Shown: one piece after another, positions 17,677 to 25,246 of the stretch
How positions within the stretch are numbered: position 1 is the stretch's first letter
How the letters are laid out: the number at the start of each line of letters is the position of its first letter
Source: Clostridia bacterium
Lineage (GTDB): Bacteria; Bacillota; Clostridia; Christensenellales; Aristaeellaceae
DNA length: 34,206 bases
Assembly: GCA_045605625.1 (NCBI GenBank)
Contig: JAZUQI010000205.1
Location: 1 to 34,206 of the forward strand
Reading direction: 5' to 3'
Translations under genes and position numbers: made by a program
Notes under the pieces: model-generated
Databases searched by the model: none
The model's input: the letters and a program-made list of their open reading frames with translations, nothing else
What the model was told of the DNA's origin: nothing

Positions 17677-18882
17677 TTACTTTTCCTGAAACAGCTTTAC
17701 CGCCCTGTCCAGCAGTTCCTCCGCTACCTGAGCCTTGGAAAGCTGGGGCATGTGTTCCATGCCATCCTTGGTAATGAACGTGACGATATTCGTATCCACG
17801 TTAAACCCGGCACCGGGCTGGGTCACATCATTGGCCACGATCATATCCAGGTTCTTTTTCGCCAGTTTTTTCTTGGCATGCTCCGTCACTTTTTCCGTTT
17901 CCGCAGCAAAGCCCACCAGCACCTGCCCCTTTTGCTTTCTTTCCCCCACGGCTTTCGCCACATCCGGGGTTTGCTTCATCACAAGGGTCAGGTTTCCGTC
18001 ATCATCCTTCTTGATTTTTTCTTCCGCAAAGGTGACGGGGGTGAAATCCGCAGGGGCTGCGGCCTGAATGATGATGTGCTGCTGCCGGCAGCGCTCCATC
18101 ATACGGTCATGCAAATCCTGGGTGGAAAGAACGTCCACAACCTCCACCCCTTCCGGCGCTTTTACCTGCACCAGGCCGGACAGAACAGTCACCTTCGCAC
18201 CACGGTTTTTCGCCGCTTCCGCAATGGCATAGCCCATTTTGCCGCTGGAATGGTTGGTGATGTAGCGGACGGGGTCCAACGCCTCTCTGGTGGGCCCGGC
18301 GGTTACCAGCACGTTCAGCCCTGCCAGATCCTGCCGGGGGCAGAGGATTTTTTCAATGGCGGCAAAAATGGCTTCCGCCTCACTCATACGCCCGGCACCG
18401 CTGTCGCCGCAGGCCAGATAGCCCCCTTCCGGCCCTACGAAATGCACGCCACGCTGTTTCAGCGTTTCCACGTTCTTTTGAGTGGCCGCATTTTCCCACA
18501 TGCCGGTATTCATGGCCGGGGCCACCAGCACCGGGGCCTTGGTGGCCAGCACGGTGGTGGACAGCATATCATCCGCAATACCGCAGGCCATTTTGGCCAG
18601 GATATTGGCCGTGGCCGGGGCAATGACGAACACATCCGCCTTCTTGGCCAGGGCCACATGCTCCACTTCCCAGGTTTCCGGCCGGGCAAAGGTATCCGTC
18701 ACCACGGGATGATTGGTGAGGGTTTCAAAGGAAAGCGGCGCAACAAATTCGCATGCGTTCTTCGTCATAATCACGAAGGTTTCCGCCCCGGCCTTGCGAA
18801 GCCGGGAGGCCAGTTCGCACGCTTTATAAGCCGCAATGCCGCCGGTGATGCCCAGCACCACCGTTTTTCCTGTTAATTTCAT
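17677..18882 (-). CDS. coaBC: Bifunctional phosphopantothenoylcysteine decarboxylase / phosphopantothenate-cysteine ligase
   Basis: Flavoprotein N-terminus VVLGITGGIAAYK, PAMNTGMW, and a C-terminal ligase domain with ITNHSSGKMG. Confidence 0.93.
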   Translation of the reverse strand: MKLTGKTVVLGITGGIAAYKACELASRLRKAGAETFVIMTKNACEFVAPLSFETLTNHPVVTDTFARPETWEVEHVALAKKADVFVIAPATANILAKMACGIADDMLSTTVLATKAPVLVAPAMNTGMWENAATQKNVETLKQRGVHFVGPEGGYLACGDSGAGRMSEAEAIFAAIEKILCPRQDLAGLNVLVTAGPTREALDPVRYITNHSSGKMGYAIAEAAKNRGAKVTVLSGLVQVKAPEGVEVVDVLSTQDLHDRMMERCRQQHIIIQAAAPADFTPVTFAEEKIKKDDDGNLTLVMKQTPDVAKAVGERKQKGQVLVGFAAETEKVTEHAKKKLAKKNLDMIVANDVTQPGAGFNVDTNIVTFITKDGMEHMPQLSKAQVAEELLDRAVKLFQEK

Positions 18883-18887
18883 GTGCT

Positions 18888-19103
18888 TTACGCCTCTTCG
18901 TCTTCCAGATTGCGGTGATAGGTGAGCAGGCCCCGGTCAATTTCTTCCACGGCGATGGAAACGGGCTTCTTATCCTTGGGGTCAATCAGGGGCTGGGCAC
19001 CGCTGACCAGTTCACGGGCACGCTTGGCAGATTCCACCACCAGCGTATACCGGCAGTCCACCTTCTTGCACAGATCATCAATAGCAGGCTTGTTCACAGA
19101 CAT
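18888..19103 (-). CDS. rpoZ: DNA-directed RNA polymerase subunit omega
   Basis: 71 aa; RYTLVVESAKRAREL. Canonical position between gmk and coaBC. Confidence 0.88.
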   Translation of the reverse strand: MSVNKPAIDDLCKKVDCRYTLVVESAKRARELVSGAQPLIDPKDKKPVSIAVEEIDRGLLTYHRNLEDEEA

Positions 19104-19121
19104 GGGTTTGTTCCTCCTTTA

Positions 19122-19721
19122 TCATTCAACCACGGGAAAATACCGGGTTGTACGCTGTTTTTCCGCTGCCACAATGGCAGCTACTTGGTTATAGGCCACT
19201 TCCAAATCATCATTCACCACGGCGTAGTCATACAGATACACCTGGTCAATTTCTCCCTTGGCATTGCCAAGGCGGCGTTCAATTTCCACCGGGTCATCGG
19301 TGTTTCTTGTATAGAGGCGCTTGCGCAGTTCCGCATAGGACGGGGGCAGAATGAAAATGGAAACGCAGCCGGGCCACTGGCGAACCACTTCCCTGGCCCC
19401 CTGTGGGTCAATATCCAATACCACATTCTTGCCGCTGTCCATAATCTTTTGCACCTGGGATTTCAGCGTGCCATAGCGGTTGGCATGCACGGTAGCATGT
19501 TCCAGAAAAGCATCTTCCTGCAAAAGTTTATCGTATTCTTCGTTGGTGATGAAGAAGTAATCCACCCCATCCACTTCGTTTTCCCGGGGGCCCCGGGTGG
19601 TTACGCTGACGGAGAAAGACAGGCTTTCGTCATTTTGCAATAGCTTCTTGAAGATGGTTCCCTTTCCGGCGCCGCTGGGCCCGGAAATTACAATCAGCAT
19701 CCGTTTGCGTTCTTCCTTCAT
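19122..19721 (-). CDS. gmk: Guanylate kinase
   Basis: P-loop ISGPSGAGKGT, SVSVTTRGPRENEVDGVDYFF. Confidence 0.93.
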   Translation of the reverse strand: MKEERKRMLIVISGPSGAGKGTIFKKLLQNDESLSFSVSVTTRGPRENEVDGVDYFFITNEEYDKLLQEDAFLEHATVHANRYGTLKSQVQKIMDSGKNVVLDIDPQGAREVVRQWPGCVSIFILPPSYAELRKRLYTRNTDDPVEIERRLGNAKGEIDQVYLYDYAVVNDDLEVAYNQVAAIVAAEKQRTTRYFPVVE

Positions 19722-19764
19722 GTTTCCTTCTCCTTTGTTGTTCTTTGGTTTTATTCAAAAGGGA

Positions 19765-20895
19765 TCAGGCATCCAAAGGGATCGATTTTGCTTTTTCATC
19801 CGCCAGCTGCATCATTTGCTTTTCGCTTATCAATTCGCAGGGATGGGGATAGCTTTTTTCCATCTTTTCAAAGGCCGTTTTCACTTTTTCGGCAGCCTGT
19901 TCATCCTTATCCACAAGCTTTGCCTTGAAATACTGCCAGCGCAGAATGGAAGGGAAATTCTTCATGTTTTTCAGGAATTGCTGCTGGGTTGCTTCTTGCG
20001 TTTTTTCGGTGTAAGGCCCCGTTTCCCCTTTCAGCATTTCCAGGGAGGAAAGCTCGAAGGTGAGAAGGCCTTTATACACCGTGGCAAGGCACTTTTCTTC
20101 CATCAGCGCCTTCATTTTTTCTTCCGCCGCTTCCAGCTCCATTTTATCCATCAGGCGGCTTGAAGCCATCACGTCCACGGAAGTCACCATCACGTTTTTG
20201 CGGTTTTCGTCCTGCCGTTCAAACCATTCTTCCGGCATATCCTTCATCCGCACGCCGTTAGCCGTTTCTTCGTTCACACGCATCTGCAGCCAGAACGCTT
20301 TCCGGGCCGCCGGGCTTTTGCCAATTTCCACGATGTTGCTGCCGTCGTTGTTCAGCTTCTTTAGGGGAATCAGGTTGGTAACGCATGTGAAAACCCCCAC
20401 AAAAATCATGGCCCACAGGAAGATGCGCATATAATCGCTCACCGGCAGCATGAGCAGCAAACCGGAAATGCCGGCCAGCAAAAGGTTCATCAGGCCGCCG
20501 CCCAGGTTATAAAGCAGGTAAGGGAAATTTCCTTCGTTGTATTCCGGCGGCGCCATCAGGCATTGGCCGCCGGTTCCGGCCAGGGAAAACCGGCAAAAGC
20601 GAATTTTCCCATTCTTTTTCTTTTCCCACATGAAGCTGCCAATGCGGTAGCTGACGAACCGGTACCCCGTCATCAGCCCGGCCAGCAAATGCCCCCCTTC
20701 GTGGAAAATCACATGGATGTAAATTGCGCCAATGAACGCAATCATGATAAACAGGATCAGGAAAGGATCTGCGTTCATATCCACATCGTTTTCAGCCAGA
20801 ATAACGCCCAGCACTGCGCCCACCACCATGCAACTCAAAAACCAGATGATCACGCCCCATGGGAACTTTTTCTTTTGCTTTTGCTTATCGGCCAA
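19765..20895 (-). CDS. Polytopic membrane metalloprotease, M50 (site-2 protease)-like, with a ~190-aa helical C-terminal domain
   Basis: HExxH in a TM helix (IYIHVIFHEGGHLLAGL) and a second M50-type motif, NLIPLKKLNNDGSN. Several hydrophobic segments. TTG start follows GGAGGGG, which overlaps the yicC stop. Confidence 0.65.
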   Translation of the reverse strand: MADKQKQKKKFPWGVIIWFLSCMVVGAVLGVILAENDVDMNADPFLILFIMIAFIGAIYIHVIFHEGGHLLAGLMTGYRFVSYRIGSFMWEKKKNGKIRFCRFSLAGTGGQCLMAPPEYNEGNFPYLLYNLGGGLMNLLLAGISGLLLMLPVSDYMRIFLWAMIFVGVFTCVTNLIPLKKLNNDGSNIVEIGKSPAARKAFWLQMRVNEETANGVRMKDMPEEWFERQDENRKNVMVTSVDVMASSRLMDKMELEAAEEKMKALMEEKCLATVYKGLLTFELSSLEMLKGETGPYTEKTQEATQQQFLKNMKNFPSILRWQYFKAKLVDKDEQAAEKVKTAFEKMEKSYPHPCELISEKQMMQLADEKAKSIPLDA

Positions 20896-20910
20896 GGCTT
20901 TTCCCCTCCG

Positions 20911-21783
20911 TCATTCCACGTTCTGCACCTGTTCACGGATTTTTTCAATTTCGCTTTTCGCCGCAACCACCAGCTTGGCAATCTCCGCATCGGAGGCCTT
21001 GCTGCCGATGGTGTTCACTTCCCGGTTCAGTTCCTGGGTGAGGAAATCCAGCCGGCGGCCCACTTCGCCCTCCTGCTCCATGGTGGAACGGAACTGGGCA
21101 ATATGGGAAACCAGCCGGGAAAGTTCTTCGTCAATGGCGCAGCGGTCTGCCATCAGGGCCACTTCCTGGGAAAGCCGGACGGGGTCCATTTCCTTCACGC
21201 CCAGCTCCGCCAGCCGCACCTGCAGTTTTTCCTGGTAGGCTTTAGGCACGCCGGGGGCCAGCTTTTCAATCTCGTTGCGAATCTTTTCCACCTGATCCAG
21301 ATGGAAGGCCAAATCCTGTTTCAAGGCTTCCCCTTCCGTTTCCCGCATCCGGCACACATCGGAAAGCACCATTTCCAGCGCTTCCCCAATCAGCTTCTGC
21401 ACGGCTTCCTGGTCTTCCTCGCACACGGAAAGGGTGAGCACATCAGGCTGGGCCGCAATGAAGGAAGGAGGGCAAAGCTGTTCATTGCCAATCAGCTGAC
21501 CGATTTTCCTGTACGCTTCTGCGTATTTTTCCACCAGCGCTTCATCCAGGGAAAGCTCCCTTGCGTCGGCCCGGCCGTTGCGGTACATCATGTTCACATC
21601 CGCATGGCCGCGTTTCAGGCTTTCCCCCATTTGCTTGCGAATGCCATCCTCCGCAAAGGCAAAGGCCCTTGGCAAACGAAACGCAATATCCAGAAAACGG
21701 TGGTTCACCGTCTTGATTTCAACCGTCAGTTCCCGGCCATCCTGCAATACCTGCTTTCGGCCATAACCCGTCATGCTGCGCAC
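20911..21783 (-). CDS. yicC: YicC-family stress-induced protein
   Basis: N-terminus (V)RSMTGYGRK matches the family's xRSMTGxG start. The C-terminal region NREVNTIGSKASD is typical. GTG 21783 lies 9 nt after GGAGG; the track ORF extends to 21864. Confidence 0.88.
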   Translation of the reverse strand: MRSMTGYGRKQVLQDGRELTVEIKTVNHRFLDIAFRLPRAFAFAEDGIRKQMGESLKRGHADVNMMYRNGRADARELSLDEALVEKYAEAYRKIGQLIGNEQLCPPSFIAAQPDVLTLSVCEEDQEAVQKLIGEALEMVLSDVCRMRETEGEALKQDLAFHLDQVEKIRNEIEKLAPGVPKAYQEKLQVRLAELGVKEMDPVRLSQEVALMADRCAIDEELSRLVSHIAQFRSTMEQEGEVGRRLDFLTQELNREVNTIGSKASDAEIAKLVVAAKSEIEKIREQVQNVE

Positions 21784-21810
21784 AAAAACACGCCTCCTTT
21801 TAACCTTATT

Positions 21811-21840
21811 ATTATAGCACATTTCACCCCCTTCTGAAAA
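21811..21840 (-). promoter_or_regulatory. Candidate promoter for the yicC-to-rsmA cluster
   Basis: Minus strand: TTTTCA (21840-21835), 18-nt spacer, TGC-TATAAT (21819-21811). Confidence 0.45.
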
Positions 21841-21876
21841 GCCCGTTTTGCACCTTTTCAGCACAAAATTTGCGCA

Positions 21877-21909
21877 TAAAAAAGCACTGTCCTCTTCGCC
21901 GGACAGCGC
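21877..21909 (-). terminator. Rho-independent terminator after the 199-aa secreted-protein gene
   Basis: Minus strand: GCGCTGTCC-ggcgaaga-GGACAGTGC followed by TTTTTT. Confidence 0.7.
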
Positions 21910-21919
21910 TGTATTTTCC

Positions 21920-22519
21920 TCATTTCAGGTAGCATATTTCATTGTATTGGCTGCCCATATCCACAATGTCACGGATGATGCCCTCAAAGTCCGTAACAAA
22001 CGCCCTGGCCCGAAACATAGCAACGGGGGATTTTCGCATCACCATCACCGTTCCATCCTCATAGAACGCAACGCAATCCGATAGCTGAATATTTTCATAA
22101 TACGGCGCCGCCCCGAAATAATCCGTAAACAAGGTGCATTCCACAAAGGCCTTCATGGGCACGCCGTTATCATTGGTAAAATATTCACGCAAATGCTTTG
22201 CAATCCGATCATCCTGGCTTTCCGTATACAGGTGGAACACACGGGTGTGAGCCACTTGAAAATACCCATTGTACTCATCCCTATCCATTTCTTCCGCCCA
22301 GAATGCTTTCAATTCCTGGATAGCCTCTTCGCACATTTCCGCATCTGTTTTACTGTTTTTCTTTTCTTCCAGCGCCGCTTTTGCATCGTCCATCAGGGAA
22401 AGAAAGGCTTCCAGTTCTTCGATGGATGCCTTTTCAAAATCAATGCTTTCAACAGAAACCGCATTAGCAGAAACGAAAATGCTCATCAGGCACAAAACCA
22501 ACGCACATACCCTTTTCAT
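21920..22519 (-). CDS. Hypothetical secreted protein; no family recognised
   Basis: Signal peptide MKRVCALVLCLMSIFVSANA. ATG 22519 follows GAGGTGA; the track start at 22528 is a GTG inside the RBS. Has its own promoter and terminator. Looks lower in GC than its neighbours. Confidence 0.6.
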   Translation of the reverse strand: MKRVCALVLCLMSIFVSANAVSVESIDFEKASIEELEAFLSLMDDAKAALEEKKNSKTDAEMCEEAIQELKAFWAEEMDRDEYNGYFQVAHTRVFHLYTESQDDRIAKHLREYFTNDNGVPMKAFVECTLFTDYFGAAPYYENIQLSDCVAFYEDGTVMVMRKSPVAMFRARAFVTDFEGIIRDIVDMGSQYNEICYLK

Positions 22520-22538
22520 ACACTTCACCTCATGTTCT

Positions 22539-22566
22539 ATTATACGAAAAGCACCGTTTCGGTCAA
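22539..22566 (-). promoter_or_regulatory. Promoter for the hypothetical secreted-protein gene
   Basis: Minus strand: TTGACC (22566-22561), 16-nt spacer, TATAAT (22544-22539). Confidence 0.55.
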
Positions 22567-22567
22567 T

Positions 22568-22598
22568 AAAAAAGCACCATTCATTTTCTGAATAGTGC
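22568..22598 (-). terminator. Rho-independent terminator after tRNA-Leu(GAG)
   Basis: Minus strand: GCACTATTCA-gaaaa-TGAATGGTGC (one mismatch) followed by TTTTTT. Confidence 0.65.
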
Positions 22599-22602
22599 CA
22601 TT

Positions 22603-22687
22603 TGGTGCGGTCGACGGGACTTGAACCCGTACTCGGTTAAGAACACGCCCCTCAAACGTGCGCGTATGCCAATTCCGCCACGACCGC
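22603..22687 (-). tRNA. tRNA-Leu (anticodon GAG), class II, encoded CCA
   Basis: Reverse complement is GCGGTCG TG GCGGAATTGGCATACGC G CACGT-TTGAGGG-GCGTG, a long variable arm, GGG-TTCAAGT-CCC, then CGACCGC-ACCA. Confidence 0.88.
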
Positions 22688-22715
22688 ATGCATACCTTTT
22701 TCGGCAGCATATTGG

Positions 22716-22744
22716 ATTATAAAATACCTTTTCGGTTTTGTCAA
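22716..22744 (-). promoter_or_regulatory. Consensus sigma-A promoter for tRNA-Leu(GAG)
   Basis: Minus strand: TTGACA (22744-22739), 17-nt spacer, TATAAT (22721-22716). Both hexamers are perfect. Confidence 0.7.
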
Positions 22745-22761
22745 GCCATTTCTGGAATTTT

Positions 22762-23250
22762 TTATTGTTTTGGGCCGCTGCATTGCAAATGCTTTTCAAT
22801 CAGGTCAATCTTCTCCTGGTCTTTCTTTCCCCGCTCCTGAATCCGATAGCCATCTTTGATGGACGCCCGGTACACGTTCAGGTATTGCTCCAGGGAAAGC
22901 AATTTGAAGGGAACACCCTGTTCTGCATAGCTTTCAATCTGCCCCATTTCAATTCCGGCGAAGGACGTTAGTTCTTCGATGGATGCATACGAAAAGTGCA
23001 AGCTATTCTTTTCGAAAGTGTGCTCCCTTTCATCCACCAGCACATACCCTTCCGGCTCAAGCACAGAAAGCAATTCCCCCCAGCGTTCCTTGAGAAACAC
23101 CCCGGGAATCAGTATATCCACGTCGTCCGCATGGAGTTCTTCCCCCGTCCGGTATTGCAGCCCAAGGGAGCCGTACATAAGCAGCACAATGCCCAGCCTT
23201 TCATGCAAAAGATGGGCATTTTCCAAAAACCTGTGCACTTTATCCCTCAT
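22762..23250 (-). CDS. Small nucleotidyltransferase-fold protein, similar to ANT(2'')/Lnu-type antibiotic nucleotidyltransferases
   Basis: NTase signature hG[GS]-x13-D-h-D: LLMYGSLGLQYRTGEELHADDVDILIP. ATG 23250 overlaps the trmD TGA as ATGA. The track ORF start (23376) would run 126 nt into trmD. Confidence 0.55.
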   Translation of the reverse strand: MRDKVHRFLENAHLLHERLGIVLLMYGSLGLQYRTGEELHADDVDILIPGVFLKERWGELLSVLEPEGYVLVDEREHTFEKNSLHFSYASIEELTSFAGIEMGQIESYAEQGVPFKLLSLEQYLNVYRASIKDGYRIQERGKKDQEKIDLIEKHLQCSGPKQ

Positions 23251-24053
23251 TGGTTTTGTTCCCTCTCGCTCAATATGCCATCCAGCCACAGCTTTTCCTT
23301 CTTCGTCATTTCCGCCGTTTCCAGCATTTCCGGCCGCCTGTCCAAAGTGGTTAAAATAGCCTGCTGTCGCCGCCATTGATTGATTTTTGCATGATCGCCG
23401 TTCAGCAGCACTTGAGGCACTTCCATCCCTTCAAACACCCGGGGACGGGTATATTGAGGGTATTCCAATAGTCCCGCCACGGAAAAACTTTCATCTTCTG
23501 CGCTTTCGCTGCTGCCCAGCACCCCGGGAATCAGGCGGCTGATGCAATCCGCTATCACCATGGCCCCCAGTTCGCCGCCGGTCAGCACATAATCCCCCAG
23601 GGAAACTTCCAGGTCAATGTACTTATCCAGCACTCTTTGATCCACGCCTTCGTAATGGCCGCACAGAAGCAGCAGATGCCCTTCCTTGGCCAGCTGTTCG
23701 GCCACCCGCTGCGTGAAAGGCACCCCTTTGGGGGAAAGAAAAATGCGCAGGATGCGCCCTGCCTCACCATTACAGACCGTATTCTGTTTTTCTTCCGTGC
23801 GATCCACACAGGCCACATTTCGCTTTTTGCACACATCTTTGATGGCATCGGCAATGGGCTGGGGCGTCATCAGCATGCCGGCACCACCGCCAAAGGGATA
23901 ATCATCCGTATTTTTGTGTTTCATAATAGAATACGGTCTAATATCCGTGGTTTCCACGCAAATCAGGCCCTTTTCCCGGGCCCGGCCCATGATGGATGTG
24001 TTCAGCACGCTTTCAAACATTTCGGGAAAGACGGTTAAAATATCAATGGTCAT
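23247..24053 (-). CDS. trmD: tRNA (guanine37-N1)-methyltransferase
   Basis: IDILTVFPEMF, DDYPFGGGAGM, LLCGHYEGVDQRV, SLGDYVLTGGE. ATG 24053 follows GGAGAG; the track start at 24065 is a TTG. Confidence 0.92.
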   Translation of the reverse strand: MTIDILTVFPEMFESVLNTSIMGRAREKGLICVETTDIRPYSIMKHKNTDDYPFGGGAGMLMTPQPIADAIKDVCKKRNVACVDRTEEKQNTVCNGEAGRILRIFLSPKGVPFTQRVAEQLAKEGHLLLLCGHYEGVDQRVLDKYIDLEVSLGDYVLTGGELGAMVIADCISRLIPGVLGSSESAEDESFSVAGLLEYPQYTRPRVFEGMEVPQVLLNGDHAKINQWRRQQAILTTLDRRPEMLETAEMTKKEKLWLDGILSEREQNQ

Positions 24054-24071
24054 ATTTCTCTCCAAAGGGCT

Positions 24072-24599
24072 TTATTCCCAGTCGCACACGGCCACTTCAT
24101 GCAGGCGGCTTTCGTCCACCGTCACATAGCCATCCGCCGTTTGCACGTCAATCACGATGTGCAAAAGGGCCGGCAGCAGCATTTCCCCCTGCTTGCACTT
24201 CACCACATACACATCGTTTCCCCCGGGCTGCAGTACATCCTTGATTTTGCCCAGCACGTTTCCGTTTCTGTCCTTCACTTCGCAGCCAATCAAATCGCAA
24301 ATGAAGGTTTCGTTTTCCGCCAGCTGCACAGCATTGGCCCGGTCAATATACAACAGGGTACCCCGCTGCTTTTCCGCCAGATCCCTATCCTGCACGCCGT
24401 TCAGGCGAAGATACACCGCATCCTCCCGGACGGATACATCTTCCACCGTGGCCTTTTCATAGCCGTTTCCGCTTTTTACAAAAACATATTCCAAATCCGC
24501 AAACCGTTCCGGGTCATCCGTATCGGGGCGCACTTTCACCAGGCCCTTGATGCCCTGGGGCTTCAATACCTCGCCAATCAGCAAATATTCAGAGAGCAT
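24072..24599 (-). CDS. rimM: 16S rRNA processing protein RimM
   Basis: LLIGEVLKPQGIKGLVKVRP and a PRC-barrel C-terminus. Start trimmed to MLSEY (24599). Confidence 0.88.
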   Translation of the reverse strand: MLSEYLLIGEVLKPQGIKGLVKVRPDTDDPERFADLEYVFVKSGNGYEKATVEDVSVREDAVYLRLNGVQDRDLAEKQRGTLLYIDRANAVQLAENETFICDLIGCEVKDRNGNVLGKIKDVLQPGGNDVYVVKCKQGEMLLPALLHIVIDVQTADGYVTVDESRLHEVAVCDWE

Positions 24600-24657
24600 A
24601 TTTCTTTCCTTTCCAAGAAAAAAGCGGACAGCATTTTTTGCCATCCGCTTTTTACTT

Positions 24658-24885
24658 TTACTGAATTTCGACAAAAACGGGCTTTGCATTCTTATCCGTA
24701 GCGGCTTTTACCACCGTGCGGATGGCTTTTGCAATACGGCCTTGCTTGCCAATGACCTTGCCCATATCTTCCTGTGCCACGGACAGTTCCAGAATGATGG
24801 CTTCAGGGCCTTCGGTTTCCATCACCTGCACAGCATCGGGTTGATCCACAAGCGTCTTTGCCAGAAACAGAACGAGTTCGCGCAT
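24658..24885 (-). CDS. KH-domain RNA-binding protein (YlqC/UPF0109 family)
   Basis: 75 aa; GKVIGKQGRIAKAIRTV. Conserved position between rpsP and rimM. Confidence 0.88.
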   Translation of the reverse strand: MRELVLFLAKTLVDQPDAVQVMETEGPEAIILELSVAQEDMGKVIGKQGRIAKAIRTVVKAATDKNAKPVFVEIQ

Positions 24886-24918
24886 GGAATTCCCTTTCTT
24901 CGCTTTAAGCGAGGCTTA

Positions 24919-25167
24919 TTAGCCTTCGATGGCACCGCTCTTCTTGAGCAGGATGCGCACGGTATCCGTGGGCTGAGCGCCGTTCTTCATCCATTCGGCG
25001 GCCTTTTCGTTGTTCACTTTGATTTCAGCGGGCTGCTTCATGGGATCATAGTAGCCGATTTCTTCGATGAAACGGCCATCACGGGGAGAGCGGCCATCAG
25101 CCACAACGATGCGGTAGAAGGGATGCTTCTTCATGCCCATTCTCTTGAGACGAATTTTTACAGCCAT
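24919..25167 (-). CDS. rpsP: 30S ribosomal protein S16
   Basis: [38 protein letters not shown] 25167 follows GGAGG. Confidence 0.95.
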   Translation of the reverse strand: MAVKIRLKRMGMKKHPFYRIVVADGRSPRDGRFIEEIGYYDPMKQPAEIKVNNEKAAEWMKNGAQPTDTVRILLKKSGAIEG

Positions 25168-25246
25168 GGTATTTGTTCCTCCTGATAATGAATTGTAATC
25201 TATGGTAATCATATTGGCTATGATAACCGCAAAGTAAGTTGGGGTT

